NCBI GenBank assembly: GCA_001661245.1
Contig: KV454013.1
Span: 1,148,502-1,212,501, forward strand
Direction of reading: 5' to 3'
DNA length: 64,000 nt
DNA from: Pachysolen tannophilus NRRL Y-2460
Taxonomy: Eukaryota
Part shown: positions 12,443-23,584 of the stretch, one piece after another
Layout of the letters: the number at the start of each line of letters is the position of its first letter
Position numbering within the stretch: position 1 is the first letter of the stretch
Translations under genes and position numbers: made by a program
The notes under the pieces: generated by a model
Databases searched by the model: none
What the model saw: only the letters and a program-made list of their open reading frames with translations
Told to the model about the DNA's origin: nothing

Positions 12443-13229
12443 TGTTGTTAGATATTGTTTAGTTTTTAACCTTATGTAAATTATTGAATTAAGAAAAACC
12501 AAAAAACAAAATTAAGTTGGCAATTCAACCCAAATATATACGTTTTCATAAAATTTTAAGAAGCACACTTTCCAGTATTAACCGATTTTTTAAAACATAA
12601 CCCAAATCCATTTTTGAACTAAATATTAATTAAAATGGAAAGACCTAAGCACAATAAGAGTATTAATCATTTTTATCTGGCTAAGACCGATAAAATATTG
12701 CTGTTAAATTGAACCATGAACTGACTACATTTAGTAAAATGAATAAATGAACAATTAAATAAAAACTTTTTCCAATTTTTCGTATTATGTATCAATCATG
12801 CCTTTCTTACTCTGCAAGTTATTACATATTTCCACAGGAAATATTTAGGAATATTTCTGCATTACATATTATTTAATTCGTTTTAAAAAGAAACTAATAT
12901 TAATTTAGTCATTTTACCACCAAGCTTAATAATCTAGATTATAAACATTACAGTAGAGAACAATAAAGAGTAAAAAATCAGAAGACCAATTAGTAAAAAG
13001 GTTTCGTTATTTTCTTAATTTATGGCCAAGTTGAAAGTGGCTTATTAATTTTCTGTGTAAATCTGCATTAATGTGTGCTATTTAGACCCCATGTTCTAAA
13101 CAAAATATCTACAGAAAAACAATTTTCTAAAAAATTCTATCTAAAGTTTCTTTTGCTTTTGGTTAGAAAAAAAAAATTCAAATTTTAAGTTACAAAGCCA
13201 TTTCAAGACCGGAAACAAATCATCTGACT

Positions 13230-14027
13230 TCAAATTCCGAATGTGAAAACCCATCCAAAAATCATGGCAATAAAGCTGAAAAGACCAAATTCCTCATAAG
13301 AAATATTGAAGGAAGCAACAGCAGCACCTGTAGAGGAAGAAGTTGACGATGAAGAAGATGAAGAAGATGTTGACGAAGAGCTTTCTGAAGTAGTGGACAG
13401 CGTTGAGCTTCCGGACGATGTAGTAGTTACTGAAGTAGAACTTGATGCCTCTGTAGACTCTGGAATGTGAGCAATTGTTGAGAAAGATGCTGTCGTAGTT
13501 GCTTCATCTGGTTCGTAATATAAGTAACGAGTACCATTAGGGAACTCTGTAACCAAACTTGTTGAATAATTTGTACCAAGAGCAGCAACATCATAATTTA
13601 CTCCTAAAAAGTAAAGATAATAGGTTTCATTGTATTCTTTTTCAAGAAGAGTATAGGCCAAGTCACCTTCATAGTAGAATAAATGAGTACTTATGAGGTA
13701 TGGTGCGGTAACAGCAGTGTCGTTAATAGTAACTAATCCAGTTTCATCGTCAATGTTCATATACATGGTTTCAGTGAGACTGCCTTCAGAAGATTCAGTT
13801 ACTTCAAAATAACCCTCATCAGTTATGATACCGGTAAAATTGTAACAGGTATCACAATCGACATAAATACCCACAACACCGTTGCTGTCATACTGGATTG
13901 GAGTGAAGAGGGTGTACGGAAAAGTGCCGGTATGACAGTTAGAGTCAAGAACGAATTCAGCAGAAGAGGCCAAGACTGCGCCAGCTAATAATGATAACGA
14001 AACAATAAATGATTTTAATAAAGCCAT
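13230..14027 (-). CDS. Predicted secreted/GPI-anchored cell-surface protein
   Basis: Signal peptide, acidic/aromatic globular region, Ser/Thr stalk, TGAA followed by a hydrophobic C-terminus. Confidence 0.75.
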   Translation of the reverse strand: MALLKSFIVSLSLLAGAVLASSAEFVLDSNCHTGTFPYTLFTPIQYDSNGVVGIYVDCDTCYNFTGIITDEGYFEVTESSEGSLTETMYMNIDDETGLVTINDTAVTAPYLISTHLFYYEGDLAYTLLEKEYNETYYLYFLGVNYDVAALGTNYSTSLVTEFPNGTRYLYYEPDEATTTASFSTIAHIPESTEASSSTSVTTTSSGSSTLSTTSESSSSTSSSSSSSSTSSSTGAAVASFNISYEEFGLFSFIAMIFGWVFTFGI

Positions 14028-14702
14028 TTTATTAAATGTATACTGAGTTGTAAAAAAGAAATTGTGATTTGGACAAAAAGAAAAAAAAAATAAAACAATA
14101 ATACCGGAATTTGCTTTATATATTTATCTTTCAAGACTTCATTATTTGCAACATCACTTGTCAATATTTCCTCAACTGCAAGTCCAATTCAGCCCCAACT
14201 CCTGTATCAAAAAATGGTCCAACGAATGCCATGATCAATTTCATTATAATCAGATAACTTTTCTTGGTTTAGTTTTCATTTCGAGTTACACCGAAATGTC
14301 CGTCATGCATCTTAATGCAAGTGTTTTTTTTTATCACTTTAGTATTTATTTAATAATTGTAATGAGCTGCATGATGCATAATAGGCCTAAACCCTGACTT
14401 TCTGCTTCATCAAACAAAAGGTTTCGGGTGTTTTTATCTGAACAATTGGAATTCAGCGAAACAAATTTTTATTTGTAATGATGGTAATTTCCAGAATCTT
14501 AATTCTTTTGAAAAAAGCAACCAATAATTTGGTAAGTAACACCATAATTTAGCGTCATACGGTTAAGTTATCTCAGCAAGATAGCCGAATTAAAAAAAAA
14601 TAAAAAAAGTTATTTCTTTTTCCTCCTCTTCCCATATATATTTTCCTCGTTCGCCAATATCGAGTAAGAAATATCATTATTGTAGTATCAAGCTTTGAGA
14701 GA

Positions 14703-15860
14703 ATGAAGTTAACAAAAGCAATACAAGTATTTGTCTTAGGCTGGAGCTTTAATTTGAGGACTGTTCTAGGTGCGGCTGTCTATCAAAATGTTGCAGGGGC
14801 CATCTTAGAGAAGAGAGAAACCACATCTTCTTCAACGACGGAAACTTCTGTAACAACTTCAACCTTGACAGATCAGGTGTGGACAACCACAACAAGCTCC
14901 ACTGCACTTACCATTACACCTTATGCATTTGATGGTGTTACAGTATCGGCTTCTCCAGTTGATAATGCAACTACTGTTTGGGCTTCCCTTGATAGTTCTG
15001 GTATTCCATACGACATAACTCCAACTGTTACGGATGGAACAACAACAAGCACATCACCAACTCCAACAAATACAAACTATCCGACTCCAATAGCCCAGCC
15101 TCCAGTCTTAAGATGCATGAATGAGAGGGTTCCATCTTACACAAACCCCATCTGTATTTCAAATTTAACTGAAATGGTTGCTGGTGAAACTTATTGGATC
15201 ACCTGGAACCCACTTTATTGGAATCCTTATGAAGAAACCGGTGATATTAGTCTAGTTCAGTTTCAGTTTAAAAACTTCCTTGATGATGATGATTCAACCT
15301 ATGTTGCTTTATCGGATTGGATCTCTAATGATGATGGCTATTACGCTTTTAAGGCTAAATCTTCATACATTACTGATGATAATGAAGGTTATCTACAAAT
15401 TTATCTTGCTCCATTTGTCACCGATGAGACGGTTGCTCACGTTATGGATACTGTTACTGGTCCAGTTATTAGAGTTATTGAATCAGTAGATGATGCTTCA
15501 ACAACAATCACGAGAGTTCCTTCGGATAATGAAGATAGTGACAGTACCACCACATCGACTTCTTCTAGCAGTTCTAGTTCCAGTAGTAGCAGCGATAGTA
15601 GTGATGATAGTTCAACGAAGACTAACAAGGCAAAAGTTATCGCACCGGCAGTAATCGTTCCAGTTGTTGTGGTTCTGATTGCTCTCTTCTTTGCTTGGAT
15701 CAACAGACTGAGGATCTTCAAAGGAAACAAGAAAGTTGATGAAACTACAAATAAAAAATTTGATAATGAAACCTTAGAAAAGATGAGAAAGGAAAGAAAC
15801 ATGGACAATAGTGACTCTGAAGATACAGCAGAGAGAACAGAAATACGGACTCTGCTTTAA
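14703..15860 (+). CDS. Type I membrane glycoprotein, Psg1/YKL077W-like
   Basis: Signal peptide, LEKR Kex2-type site, TPYAFDGVTVSASP...WASLDSSG.P and ETYWITW segments resembling the Psg1 family (from memory), one C-terminal TM helix. Confidence 0.6.
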   Translation: MKLTKAIQVFVLGWSFNLRTVLGAAVYQNVAGAILEKRETTSSSTTETSVTTSTLTDQVWTTTTSSTALTITPYAFDGVTVSASPVDNATTVWASLDSSGIPYDITPTVTDGTTTSTSPTPTNTNYPTPIAQPPVLRCMNERVPSYTNPICISNLTEMVAGETYWITWNPLYWNPYEETGDISLVQFQFKNFLDDDDSTYVALSDWISNDDGYYAFKAKSSYITDDNEGYLQIYLAPFVTDETVAHVMDTVTGPVIRVIESVDDASTTITRVPSDNEDSDSTTTSTSSSSSSSSSSSDSSDDSSTKTNKAKVIAPAVIVPVVVVLIALFFAWINRLRIFKGNKKVDETTNKKFDNETLEKMRKERNMDNSDSEDTAERTEIRTLL

Positions 15861-15918
15861 TCAAATTTAAGTGATGAACTTTCATTTTGAAAAATCTCTG
15901 TTTAATGAGGAGGTTGTC

Positions 15919-15949
<31 letters not shown>

Positions 15950-16393
15950 GTGTTATATATATTGAAGTTTTTAGAGTTATTAATATCTGCTATCGGATAT
16001 TAAAAAATATTGTTCTTTTGAGAGTATTATTATTATTTTTTTAAAAATATTAAAAGAAATCTAGATTATATTAAAAATCCCATTTGATTTTGTTTAGAAA
16101 AGAAACCTTTCATCAATTAAGCATAATTATAAAAAAATTTGATTTGTCTCTAAGATCTTTACCAATTGCATATGTACATGAAAAATTAGTTAACAAGTCT
16201 AAATAAAAATTATCATAAATAAATAAATATATTTTTTCTCTTCTTGATTCAATAGCATCAATTAAAAAGATTGTTCCATCCATTTCCACCGTTTGGAAAA
16301 ATTATCATATTTGTCTATAGACTTTCAAATTTTCCTAATGAAATTATCTTTTACTAATTCGTTTCGGAAGCACCAATACTTGAGTATCTGTGA

Positions 16394-18205
16394 CTACCAA
16401 CCAAATGATTCTGTGTGCAAATAAACTTCACCTACGTTTGGATCAGACAAAACTTTTCTCTGAAGATTTGCAATAGCGTTACCACATTCGCTTCTCAATG
16501 AAGTTGAACCAGAGAGAATAAAACAGTTTCTCTTCAAAAGGGAAAAGCTTTCAACAATATCTTTAACATTTGGACGATGTCCGTAATGGAAACGGATACA
16601 ATCGGCCAAGTCAAATTGCTCTTTCGAACTTTTTTCTGAAAGACTTTCAGCTCCATATTGTAATTTATGAACTTCGACATCAGATTCCTCAAAGTCGTTT
16701 TCCTTCAGTCTTGTGACATAAATTTCTACTGAAATTTTCACAGAAGTATTGTTAATAGCTTTTTGAATAGCTTCTTTTATCCATTCAAAATGGCTAATAT
16801 CCCTGATGATCCAAACAAAATTAATGTCACTGGCAAATTTACTATTAGCAAGCATAGAGAAAAATGGTATTGTGGCTGAAACACCAGAACCGGAAGCAAT
16901 AAGGTTTACTTGATTAAATGCGTCGATATCACGGCTCATGCCACCATAAGGACCATCAACGTATACTTTCTGCTGTTTGAAAAGAATTTCATCAGAAAGG
17001 GTATTAAACATCTTCTTGGTTAGTCCAGATTCTGCTTTAACTATCAATTTACAGTCTGCGGAATCATTTTCAGCAAAAGACAGAATTGTAAAAGGATGAT
17101 TATCTAAAATATGTTTCCCAATAAATCTAATAAATAAGTGTTGACCAGGTTTCCATTTAAAACTTCTATGAGTTGTTTTCTTGATTGTTATTTCGAAACA
17201 ATCACCAGATAATTTTTTCAACTGAGAAATGTTTGGAACCAAAAACAGCTTTGTTGGAGATAAAGTTGTCTTAACAACAGCTCTGTAAATCAATTGTGAC
17301 ATCCAGAATGCAAGAGTTGCCCATAGATAGTTGTCACTTTTTAATTCAAAATTAGCATGAATAACAAATGAAATATAATAAGCAATAGCAGCCAACCAAT
17401 GAATATGTAAAAACAATTCATAAAAACGTTTTCTGAAACCTGAAAGTGAACAAACACATAATATCAATAAGAAAACTAAAGGAGCGATACCATTTCTTAT
17501 ATAAACATCTGAAAGATATTTCTCATGTAAATATTTGATACCACCTTCTCTGATAGGCTGAGCAACGAAAGGGAAAGTATGAACTAAGGAAAGGAAAAAT
17601 GATAGCATACCAACACCTTGATGATAAACGTTCAATTTTTCGTATCCAACACCAGTCATCAGTGATATTAAATTACACTTTCCTGACAAGATAAATACGA
17701 AAGGGGTAATCCCACAAACCATCAACCCTGCTCTAACTGCCAAAGGTGGAGAACCAAATCCAAAACAACCTCTATACCATTCATGAGGAATGAAAAGATA
17801 GCAGAAACTGTATAATAAAGATGCAGCAAAAATAGCGAGCGTACCTATAGACATTGGAAACCCAGTGAAACGAGAAATCGCTGGTGGAAGTCTTCTATAT
17901 ACGATAAATCTGCAAATTGCAGCCAAGTTGTCAAATATCTTTGTTAATAACCCCCATTGTCTAATTTGCAGATTTTGTGGAACTTCACGAGAAATTATTT
18001 TTTTGTATTGATAATCTCTGAACTTGAAGAACAGATATTTAAGTGAAAATGTGAATACTAAGACGATGCCGTAGTAAACAAGAACTTTGGCATATGTAGC
18101 TTGATATGCCCAAGGTACTTTTGCTTGAGACTCAGTTTTCAGAGCCGCATACGCACTAGTTCCTATATCTGCCACACAATCAAATCCATTAACTGTTACT
18201 GCCAT
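16394..18205 (-). CDS. FRE7: Ferric/cupric metalloreductase, Fre7-like
   Basis: Paired heme-binding His residues in TM helices, HPFT (FAD), DGPYGG, ASGSGVS, C-terminal YLHTESFGW; Mac1-type sites upstream. Likely ATG at 18205. Confidence 0.8.
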   Translation of the reverse strand: MAVTVNGFDCVADIGTSAYAALKTESQAKVPWAYQATYAKVLVYYGIVLVFTFSLKYLFFKFRDYQYKKIISREVPQNLQIRQWGLLTKIFDNLAAICRFIVYRRLPPAISRFTGFPMSIGTLAIFAASLLYSFCYLFIPHEWYRGCFGFGSPPLAVRAGLMVCGITPFVFILSGKCNLISLMTGVGYEKLNVYHQGVGMLSFFLSLVHTFPFVAQPIREGGIKYLHEKYLSDVYIRNGIAPLVFLLILCVCSLSGFRKRFYELFLHIHWLAAIAYYISFVIHANFELKSDNYLWATLAFWMSQLIYRAVVKTTLSPTKLFLVPNISQLKKLSGDCFEITIKKTTHRSFKWKPGQHLFIRFIGKHILDNHPFTILSFAENDSADCKLIVKAESGLTKKMFNTLSDEILFKQQKVYVDGPYGGMSRDIDAFNQVNLIASGSGVSATIPFFSMLANSKFASDINFVWIIRDISHFEWIKEAIQKAINNTSVKISVEIYVTRLKENDFEESDVEVHKLQYGAESLSEKSSKEQFDLADCIRFHYGHRPNVKDIVESFSLLKRNCFILSGSTSLRSECGNAIANLQRKVLSDPNVGEVYLHTESFGW

Positions 18206-18313
18206 TTTACGTGGATTAGAAATTATCCAACTAACCACATTTTATCTTAAAATGAAGACAAACTATTGTGATTATATATCATTAAATTCAAAAATGTATT
18301 TTAAATAGAAACC

Positions 18314-18450
18314 ATATAATTTGCTCGTTACTTTGAGCAAATTGTATATTGGTTTTGTTCTTCTTACATCAATAGTTTCTTAGATTTGCGAAAAACTTTT
18401 TCCTTTTTTTGTTCATCTTCATATAATTTGCTCGTTTCTACGAGCAAATT
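18314..18450. promoter_or_regulatory. Two inverted pairs of copper-response elements (Mac1 CuRE, TTTGCTC)
   Basis: TTTGCTC-N8-GAGCAAA at 18320-18341 and again at 18427-18448, each preceded by ATATAA. Confidence 0.8.
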
Positions 18451-19101
18451 ATTTATTTCTACCAGAACCAACGGCTCAATGTTCCTAAATCAGTGCCCAA
18501 AAACTCAGTTTTTTTTAGGTTTTTTTTTTCTTTTTCTTGGGGTAGGTAACTTAAACCATCTCCTTAGTTTTATTTTATCTTATTATTACATAATTATTCA
18601 CTCATTCTTTACCTCTTGTTACCTCTTGTTGTTGTTACCTTTTGTTACCTCAAATATGGGCCATACGGCACATAAAAAACGGTTAACGGCTAAAATTTTA
18701 ATTTTAATTTGTTTCGTAGCCTGCGCACGACTGTTATCCCTTTTTTTTATTCTCTCTTTCCCTCAAAATAGAAACCTCACAGTAACCGCCATTACAAATT
18801 GTCCTTTCCATAGCATCAATATTACTTCCATGGATAACAGAAAGCTTTTTTTGCACTCACTCACAGTGGTTCAGTGAAATTACTCATAATAATGTGTTTT
18901 AATCATCTTTGTTGCTTTGTTGTATGTTGTAATCAGTATTTATTAAAATGTGATTCGTCAAACTAAGTAGAGATACATTTTTTCAGTATCTAATACAATC
19001 AAACACACATCTACCTGCCGCTTTAAACACAAACAAGAACCATCACTTATTTTCTCCTCTTTCAAGGCAAAACGAAAACCAATCTATCTTCCTTTTATTT
19101 A

Positions 19102-19107
<6 letters not shown>

Positions 19108-19137
<30 letters not shown>

Positions 19138-19158
19138 GTTTGTTTGTTTGTTTGTTTG
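19108..19158. repeat. (TA)n followed by (GTTT)n microsatellite
   Basis: Directly visible simple repeats. Confidence 0.85.
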
Positions 19159-19384
19159 TATAGCAGAGCTCGAGAAGAGGTCATCGGAACCAATTTTGGG
19201 GTTTTGATTTATAGGACACTACCGTTTAATTTTACTATGGGAAAACTTTTCACGTTATGGTTTTTTTTTCACCATGGATTAGTTGATGGGTATTTTGTAA
19301 CCAACTGAGTAACATCTTCGAGGTTAGTGAGAAAGTGTTAGAGTGTGAGAGTGTGTGAGAAATCGTAAAGGAATTCAAGGTAAG

Positions 19385-20731
19385 ATGGGAAGGAAATATT
19401 TGTTATATTTAGCACAGGCTTACCCTAATTTCAGGAAGGCCGAGTTGGAGAGTATAGCTGAAATGTATGGTATTAAAGTAGATCTTAGTGAGCATGATGA
19501 AACGAATCCATTTTTAATAGTTGAATTAGAAAATGATGATGCCGCAAGGTTATTGGTTAAAAGAAGTATATTGGCAAGGGGGATATATGAGTTGTGGGGG
19601 AAAGGTGATGATTTGGGAGAGTTACATCTAGATGTACAAAGAAGAATTGAAGAGAGTGATGGTGAATATATTAAAAGGTTTATTGAAGATAATAGTCAAG
19701 TTTCTTTTAAATTTGATTTTATAGGGTACCTTGGAGGGAGGAAAACACAAGAGGAAAGAGTTAGGATTATTGAAACTTTTAAATATCTTGATTTTAAAGG
19801 CCCCATTAGAATGAAAAATCCAGATGAAATTTTTGTTATATTAGAAGAATATCATGTATTGGATGAAAATACAGCAGCAGAAATTCCTGATCGAATGTGG
19901 TTTGGAAGACAAGTTCAACTAAGTGCAAGGATTGAAGAGAATATCTTGGATAAGTATGATTTGAGTAAGAGGCCATATATTGGTACAACTTCATTTGATG
20001 CTGAACTTTCCTTGGTAACTTGTAATATAGGACAAGTTGATAAAGGTAAGATAATGTATGATCCATTTGCTGGAACTGGAAGTTTCCTTGTAACTGGGTC
20101 TTATTTTGGAGCCTTGACTTTTGGTTCTGATATAGATGTTAGAATGTTAAGAGGAAAGGGGAAACAACAAACAATCGAATCAAATTTCCAAAAATATAAA
20201 ACTTCAATGTTATTTGGAGATGTTTTAACCATGGATTTTACCAATAATGCATTTAGACCTTCATTTAAAATAGATTCAATAGTATGTGATCCACCTTATG
20301 GTGTTAGAGAAGGACTTAAGGTATGCGGTTCTAAAAATCCAATAAGGTCTGCTGGTAAGGAAAACGTTGTAATAAATGGAGAAAAGGCATTTTTAAGAAG
20401 AGATTATATTCAACCCAAAAAATCTTATGAATTAGATTCTTTATTGGATGATTTATTAAGATTTGCTGCAAAATCTCTACCTGTTGGGGGAAGATTAAGT
20501 TTCTGGATGCCAACAGCAAATGATAGGTTCGAATCTACACAGATTCCACAACATGAAAATTTGGAATTAATTTATAACTTGGTCCAAGAGTTCAATAAAT
20601 GGGCAAGACGTTTACTAGTTTACGTCAAAAGAGATGAAGATTATAAAGGCAAAACAATGACAAAAGATGACAGATCTGTTGTTAATAATTTTAGACAAAG
20701 ATACTTTACAGGATTCAGAGAGGTAGAATAG
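19385..20731 (+). CDS. TRM11: tRNA m2G10 methyltransferase catalytic subunit
   Basis: RPYIGTTSFDAELSL, YDPFAGTGS, GSDID and CDPPYGVREGL motifs; ATG at 19385. Confidence 0.93.
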   Translation: MGRKYLLYLAQAYPNFRKAELESIAEMYGIKVDLSEHDETNPFLIVELENDDAARLLVKRSILARGIYELWGKGDDLGELHLDVQRRIEESDGEYIKRFIEDNSQVSFKFDFIGYLGGRKTQEERVRIIETFKYLDFKGPIRMKNPDEIFVILEEYHVLDENTAAEIPDRMWFGRQVQLSARIEENILDKYDLSKRPYIGTTSFDAELSLVTCNIGQVDKGKIMYDPFAGTGSFLVTGSYFGALTFGSDIDVRMLRGKGKQQTIESNFQKYKTSMLFGDVLTMDFTNNAFRPSFKIDSIVCDPPYGVREGLKVCGSKNPIRSAGKENVVINGEKAFLRRDYIQPKKSYELDSLLDDLLRFAAKSLPVGGRLSFWMPTANDRFESTQIPQHENLELIYNLVQEFNKWARRLLVYVKRDEDYKGKTMTKDDRSVVNNFRQRYFTGFREVE

Positions 20732-20974
20732 ATTATAATATAGAAGAAAATGAATCATGCTATATATATATATATATATGTTTATCATTAATGGCGTAAT
20801 TGTAGTTATATTCATTTGCTTTTCTTTATAAATTAGTAAGTCGAAGATAAAAAAAAACCAGTGAAAAAAATAAAAATCAAAAACAGTTTCCAGAATTAAT
20901 GGTATTATAGTTATACACATAATTGAACATAGAGAATTGGTGATTGCGTTGATGTTTCTTTTGCCTTTGACCCA

Positions 20975-23368
20975 ATGAATTCAGGCACTCCCACTCATCT
21001 GAAAGAAGAAAAGGATAAAAAACCGTATGTTCAACTTTCATGCTCGTTTTGTAAGCAGAAAAAGAGGAAATGTGATGGCGAGACGCCTTGCTCTACTTGC
21101 AAGAAGTATAATCAAACCTGTATTTATTATGCCGATAAGGATAGAAGAAGAAGGAAATATCATACGGATTATATTAATTATCTTGAATCAAAGTCGGATG
21201 TATTGCAAAAATTCATCAAGGAGTTTGTTAGAGATGATCCAAAATTAAGCCTGTTAGCTAACGAAAGGTTAGGTGATGCGTTGAAAAAATCATATCAGCA
21301 GGTACAAGAACAGATGAATAACAATGAAAAACTATTTATTGATAATGGTGATGGCGGTGATTTTAATAATCGTGACCATGATGTGGTTGGCGATTTTGAA
21401 GATGAGAATTTCCAAGATTTACTCAAGTCAGCTAAAAGATTACAATTGGACGATTATGACAGAGACATTTCAACTAATGCACCAGAAATTGCTTCTGGTG
21501 TTGCAACTCAGGCCTTTGGCGCAGCTGGGATTAGTGGCAAAAATTTTAATAATCGTGAATATACTGAGCAATCAGAAAGTCCCTTTAGTCAAGGTACTTC
21601 AAGTACGGTAACCGATTTTGAAGATATTTACAACAGTTTTAATGATCCAAATAATCCTTTAATAATGAACGGTTTAAATATAAACTTTAAAAATTCATCT
21701 TTTAAAGAGCACTTAATTGATTGTTTTGAAGAAAATTTTGGCCAATATTTTTTCAGTCTTATGATTACGTTGCCTAGTATTCGACAATGGGAATTTCCCT
21801 CGGAAATACCTTCAAAACAATTATTGATGTGTTCTATTTTCACAATTGGTACAGTCTATTCAAAAAATCCTTATGCAACTCAAACTAGAAAAGTATTTGC
21901 AGCAGAAGCAGAAGGTATTGCAATTGGCGCATGTAGGCATCCTTTAGATATATATCTAATACAAGGTTTGTTGCTATTGTCCTGTTATGAAATGGGGATG
22001 GGAAGTGACTCAGTATCTTATTTGTTTGACTCAATGGCCTGCTCATTAACTCAACATATGGGACTACATATCTCTTATGATCATGAAAATGATTCTAAAA
22101 GACTCATGTATGCTCCTAAAAATTCACCCATGCGATCCGCAAACTTGTGGTCTGTCTGTTTACAAGATAGAATAATAACGAATGTAATCAATGTTCCTTG
22201 TTGCATACATTTCAAAAGAATTATTGCTCCCCCATATACAACGATATTGGATCCAGAACATGAAAATTATTTATCAGAATTATGTTTTTCTTATCAAACT
22301 AGATTGTGGTACATTTTTGACAGATTTATGGATCAAATATATTCTGTAGATGGCGATATTGGTGATACAAATCAAAGAAACAAGTTACTGGAAGCAGGAT
22401 TAAATGCTTTAAAAGAAATGAAAACTTCACTACCTTCTCGCTTAGTATTATCAGAAGATAATGAAAATGATTTCAACACAGACAAGTTAGTCTTGGTTTT
22501 TCATTACAGCTATTACTGTTGTATTTTTCAATTCTATAATTTGTGTTTAACTGCAAAGGCAACAAAATCTACTAAATTTTCAATCGAAGCTGCATTATCG
22601 GCAACATCTCTATTAAAAAAAATTGGAGAATACCGATTATATGAAAGTATGCCTTATTTTATGGGTTATTTAGTTTATTCAAACGCTTTAGTTCATTTGT
22701 TTGTTCTAATCAATCAGCAGAGAAAACTAATTTCAGCCCATCACGGGGAAATTTTTAGCAAATTCTATTCTAATTTTTTAGTATGTGTGAACGCTTTATC
22801 AGAAATGTCTCAAATGTGGAAACGTTGTAGTAAACATTTAGAAGTGCTACTGTCGCTATCTGAACAACACGGTTTCAATTGCCCTGAATTAATCATGCTA
22901 GTTTTTGGTAATGAACCTAACAGTGATCGATTTCCAACAAGCACCGAGGCAAATCCTATAGCTGATAATATTCATAGAACGACTGCAAATGACTTGTCAT
23001 TTTCAAATGTTATAAATCAAACGAAAGATGAACATCCAAATATTCAGCCAATGGTCGGTCAAGGTATTGAACATATGAATGAGGCTCGGTTTTTTCCAAA
23101 TAATACTCAAATTCCACAAATGAACAACAACAGTTTCTATCTGACACCTAATGATGTCATTAGTGATATTTTCCAAAGCGGTAATACTAATAATAATAAC
23201 AATGTGGATTTTCTTCTGCAACTTGAGTCATTTTCGAATTCTAATGGAAGTAGCAGTTTTTTCGATTCTAATATGATGTTTAAGGATTTAGAAAACATTT
23301 TAAGAGAAAGCGCTTTTAACTTCAATGCCAATAATAATAATGATAATAGCGACAACAGTAATAACTGA
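20975..23368 (+). CDS. Zn(II)2Cys6 transcription factor, Yna1/Yna2-type nitrate regulator candidate
   Basis: CSFCKQKKRKCDGETPCSTCKKYNQTC cluster and fungal TF middle region; clearly paralogous to 41717-43609 (shared KDRR.K....Y..YLE.K and NYLSEL.F.Y..RLWYI.DR...QIYS). Confidence 0.8.
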   Translation: MNSGTPTHLKEEKDKKPYVQLSCSFCKQKKRKCDGETPCSTCKKYNQTCIYYADKDRRRRKYHTDYINYLESKSDVLQKFIKEFVRDDPKLSLLANERLGDALKKSYQQVQEQMNNNEKLFIDNGDGGDFNNRDHDVVGDFEDENFQDLLKSAKRLQLDDYDRDISTNAPEIASGVATQAFGAAGISGKNFNNREYTEQSESPFSQGTSSTVTDFEDIYNSFNDPNNPLIMNGLNINFKNSSFKEHLIDCFEENFGQYFFSLMITLPSIRQWEFPSEIPSKQLLMCSIFTIGTVYSKNPYATQTRKVFAAEAEGIAIGACRHPLDIYLIQGLLLLSCYEMGMGSDSVSYLFDSMACSLTQHMGLHISYDHENDSKRLMYAPKNSPMRSANLWSVCLQDRIITNVINVPCCIHFKRIIAPPYTTILDPEHENYLSELCFSYQTRLWYIFDRFMDQIYSVDGDIGDTNQRNKLLEAGLNALKEMKTSLPSRLVLSEDNENDFNTDKLVLVFHYSYYCCIFQFYNLCLTAKATKSTKFSIEAALSATSLLKKIGEYRLYESMPYFMGYLVYSNALVHLFVLINQQRKLISAHHGEIFSKFYSNFLVCVNALSEMSQMWKRCSKHLEVLLSLSEQHGFNCPELIMLVFGNEPNSDRFPTSTEANPIADNIHRTTANDLSFSNVINQTKDEHPNIQPMVGQGIEHMNEARFFPNNTQIPQMNNNSFYLTPNDVISDIFQSGNTNNNNNVDFLLQLESFSNSNGSSSFFDSNMMFKDLENILRESAFNFNANNNNDNSDNSNN

Positions 23369-23584
23369 AACGCAACTTATGTTTACTTTTATGTACTTAT
23401 TTATTTTGTAATTCTGGACTTTTTGGATTTTTCTTTTATTTTCTTTTGGAGTTCATTGTTTTTTTTTTTATAAAATTAGCGTTTAATGTAATGTAATTGT
23501 GGTTTACTTCTGATGATTAAAATTTTTTATATTTAGGAATATAAAATTAAATACTATATCGGAAAAACGAAAATTACCTACAAA

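Noticed and set aside
18479..18559. ATGTTCCTA ... AAACCAT resembling snR30/U17 m1 and m2 motifs
   Set aside because: No basal stem or correctly placed ACA box, and the RNA would overlap the FRE7 promoter and CDS.
18386..18877. 163-aa ORF in the FRE7 promoter
   Set aside because: TTG start, low-complexity T-rich sequence, overlaps the Mac1 sites.
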